Source: Macrostomum lignano (lineage: Eukaryota). From it: a stretch of DNA of 64,000 nt. Each line of letters opens with the position of its first letter. Within the stretch, counting starts at the first letter, position 1. The DNA is taken from assembly GCA_002269645.1 (NCBI GenBank), contig NIVC01001387.1, positions 128,136 to 192,135 on the forward strand, in the 5' to 3' direction. The notes below the pieces were generated by a model. It did no database searches. It was not told the origin of the DNA and saw only the letters and a program-made list of their open reading frames with translations. A program made the translations under genes and the position numbers. Positions 61,383 to 64,000 of the stretch are shown one piece after another.

Positions 61383-62091
61383 CCTTGCAACTTACAAACT
61401 TTCTTCAGTCAAATAAGCTGTAAAACTCTTTTTTAATTGTTCTAAGCTGATCCGGTTTTAAATTTGGAGGTAAAATATTAGCAATTATCTAGCTAAGGTG
61501 TTTGTTCCGGGCAAACAGGTGCACAGCATAAAAGATGAACTGCTTGCTTAGGTTGAAAATATATCGTTTTTTAAGAAGGAAGTTTAGAAAATTCAAGAAA
61601 AACTTTTGCTAACATTATATGCAGTTTATCTGGAGGAATAGAATGGATTGCTAATCTATCTGACATCTTAATGAATATTCCCAGAAGTGTATTAAAACAA
61701 AAGCATATCATTTGGCAAGCCAAACTTACGCCTTTGACCCTGGTGTAGAAATATAGTGACGCAAAAGTTTTACGACGCTCAGTCTGTAGCTTAAATTTTA
61801 TTACATCAACGCGCGCAGTTCTAGACAGTTTTTGCTCCCACAATAGGACACTTGACAACAACGAAACCAAAGGTTCAGGTCGGAGAATAGCCGGTGTGCC
61901 TTCAATGAAATTATACTGGATGCTTGTTTTATAATAACAGGTGACTCACCAACTTTATGCGATGCCTATACTGTATGCTGAACGCAAGGACTCATGTAAT
62001 TACTCATGCTAAGATATACAAATTATTCATATAAAGCTTAGCAACTTATCATTGCTTCTATAGTAAAATATTAAAATTAATTAAGAGCTGG

Positions 62092-63022
62092 TTGTGAACA
62101 TTCTGATGTAATAATTAAAATTCTGGGGGTGATTGTGATACTCTAGAGAGATTGTGAACATTCTGAAGTGACTGTGAATATTCTTGAATGATTATGAACA
62201 TTATGAAGTGACTGTGAACATTCTGTAGAAATTTTGTGCACTCTGAAGTGACTGTGAACATTCTGTAGTGATTGTGAACATTCTGGAGTGATTGTGAACA
62301 TTCTGAAGTGATTGTGAACATTCTGGAGTGATTGTGAACATTTTGAAGTGATTGTGAACATTCTGGAGTGATTGTGAACATTTTGGAGTGATTGTGAACA
62401 TTCTGGAGTGATTGTGAACATTCTGGAGTGATTGTGAACATTCTGGAGTGATTGTGAACATTCTGGAGTGATTGTAAACATTCTGGAGTGATTGTGAACA
62501 TTCTGGAGTGACTGTGTACATTCTGGAGTGACTGTGAACATTCTGGAGTGATTGTGAACATTCTGGAGTGACTGTGAACATTCTGAAGTTACTGTGAACA
62601 TTCTGGGGTGGTTGTGAACATTCTGAAGTGACTGTGAACATTCTGAAGTGATTGTGAACATTCTGGAGTGATTGTGAACATTATGGAGTGATTGTGAACA
62701 TTCTGGAGTGATTGTGAACATTCTGGAGTGACTGTGTACATTCTGGAGTGATTGTGAACATTCTGGAGTGATTGTGAACATTCTGGAGTGACTGTGAACA
62801 TTCTGAAGTGACTGTGAACATTCTGGAGTGGTTGTGAACATTCTGAAGTGACTGTGAACATTCTGGAGTGATTGTGAACATTATGAAGTGACTGTGAACA
62901 TTCTGGAGTGGTTGTGAACATTCTGAAGTGACTGTGAACATTCTGGAGTGATTGTGAACATTATGAAGTGACTGTGAACATTCTGAAGTGATTGTGAACA
63001 TTCTGGAGTGATTGTGAACATT
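62092..63022. repeat. 20-bp minisatellite (GTGATTGTGAACATTCTGGA)
   Basis: About 45 copies. Confidence 0.96.
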
Positions 63023-63444
63023 TTGACAGACGTTAATTTAATGTTGGTGAAACATTGCGACGCTGATGAATGTTCATTTCATGATGAATGTTCAATTTAA
63101 GCTTGCCAGTTGCCATGTACGCGAAGTATTTTAAGCAGGTAGCTAAAAAATTCCAAGGAGAACAGCGGCCATGTGCGGTGCGCTTAAGCAGTGTTAGACC
63201 AGGAAGTATCGCTCACAGTGGATCACAGATCATCTGTCAAAACAGAGCAGCCCAGATGTGTCAATCAGCTGGGCTCTTCATTAATCAAGAAGCACAGAAG
63301 CATTAGAGAGCCACATTGAGACAATCGTTAAAAAGATGCAGCGCTTGATTTTTAAGTTTCGTCTCCCGTATTGACATTTGCCGTTGCTAAACTTTTAGGC
63401 CAGGTTTTACAAGACCCCTAAATTTCACAGTTCTGATGGAGTCG

Positions 63445-63880
63445 TAGGTCCGATGAAGTTTAGGTCCGATGAAGTTTAGGTCTGATGAAGTTTAGGTCTG
63501 ATGAAGTTTAGGTCTGATGGAGTTTAGGTTTTCTGGAGTTTAGGTTTGATGGAGTTTAGGTTTTCTGGAGTTTAGGTTTGATGAAGTTTAGGTCTGATGA
63601 AGTTTAGGCCTGATGAAGTTTAGGTCTGATGAAGTTTAGGTCTGATGAAGTTTAGGTCTGATCAAGTTTAGGTCTGATGAAGTTTAGGTCTGATGAAGTT
63701 TAGGTCTGATGAAGTTTAGGTCTGATGAAGTTTAGGTCTGATGAAGTTTAGATCTGATGAAGTTTAGGTCTGATGAAGTTTATGTCTGATGAAGTTTAGG
63801 TCCGATGAAGTTTAGGTCTGATGAAGTTTAGGTCCGATGAAGTTTAGGTCTGATGAAGTTTAGGTCCGATGAAGTTTACG
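63445..63880. repeat. 16-bp minisatellite (TCTGATGAAGTTTAGG)
   Basis: About 27 copies. Confidence 0.96.
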
Positions 63881-64000
63881 TCTTAATGAAAGTGGGTGTT
63901 TAATGCTTTCAGTCCATAAGAAATTTAGGTCCTGTGAAATCGACCTACTTTTAGACCGCCAATTCACATACGGACAGAGCGGAACTTTGTATCAAATCTT

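Noticed and set aside
63445-63880. Repeated CTGATGA as hammerhead cores
   Set aside because: No GAAA element or stems; it is a simple 16-bp minisatellite.

Overview
This is animal genomic DNA, not prokaryotic. GC-rich exons, minisatellite-filled introns and (GACA)n tracts resemble the flatworm Macrostomum lignano, but that identity is an inference. Four spliced genes lie in tandem on the minus strand, reconstructed by hand from GT-AG boundaries and reading frame: PSMD13/Rpn9 (6 exons, 56574-46412, 393 aa), HMG-CoA reductase (5 exons, 37737-30666, about 900 aa), a PSD/EFA6-family Sec7-PH ARF-GEF (4 exons, 21939-14152, about 825 aa) and the 5' part of a BRSK/SAD kinase (5 exons, 9887-6986; downstream exons not found in the window). 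Mobile DNA includes a decayed full-length mariner, a CORE-SINE split by a minisatellite, several non-autonomous TIR elements and a Penelope-type hammerhead relic. About 30 distinct tandem arrays account for nearly all long ORFs in the supplied track. The most notable observations are: (1) the EFA6 homolog has Asp in place of the catalytic glutamic finger, so it is a predicted pseudo-GEF; (2) two tandem TTAGGG-bearing nested-foldback modules at 39.3-41.9 kb have hairpin arms homogenised within, but not between, copies; (3) a minisatellite block is inserted into a SINE with a 7-bp target duplication; (4) sharply bounded CpG-depleted domains and CpG-type decay of the mariner suggest germline methylation.
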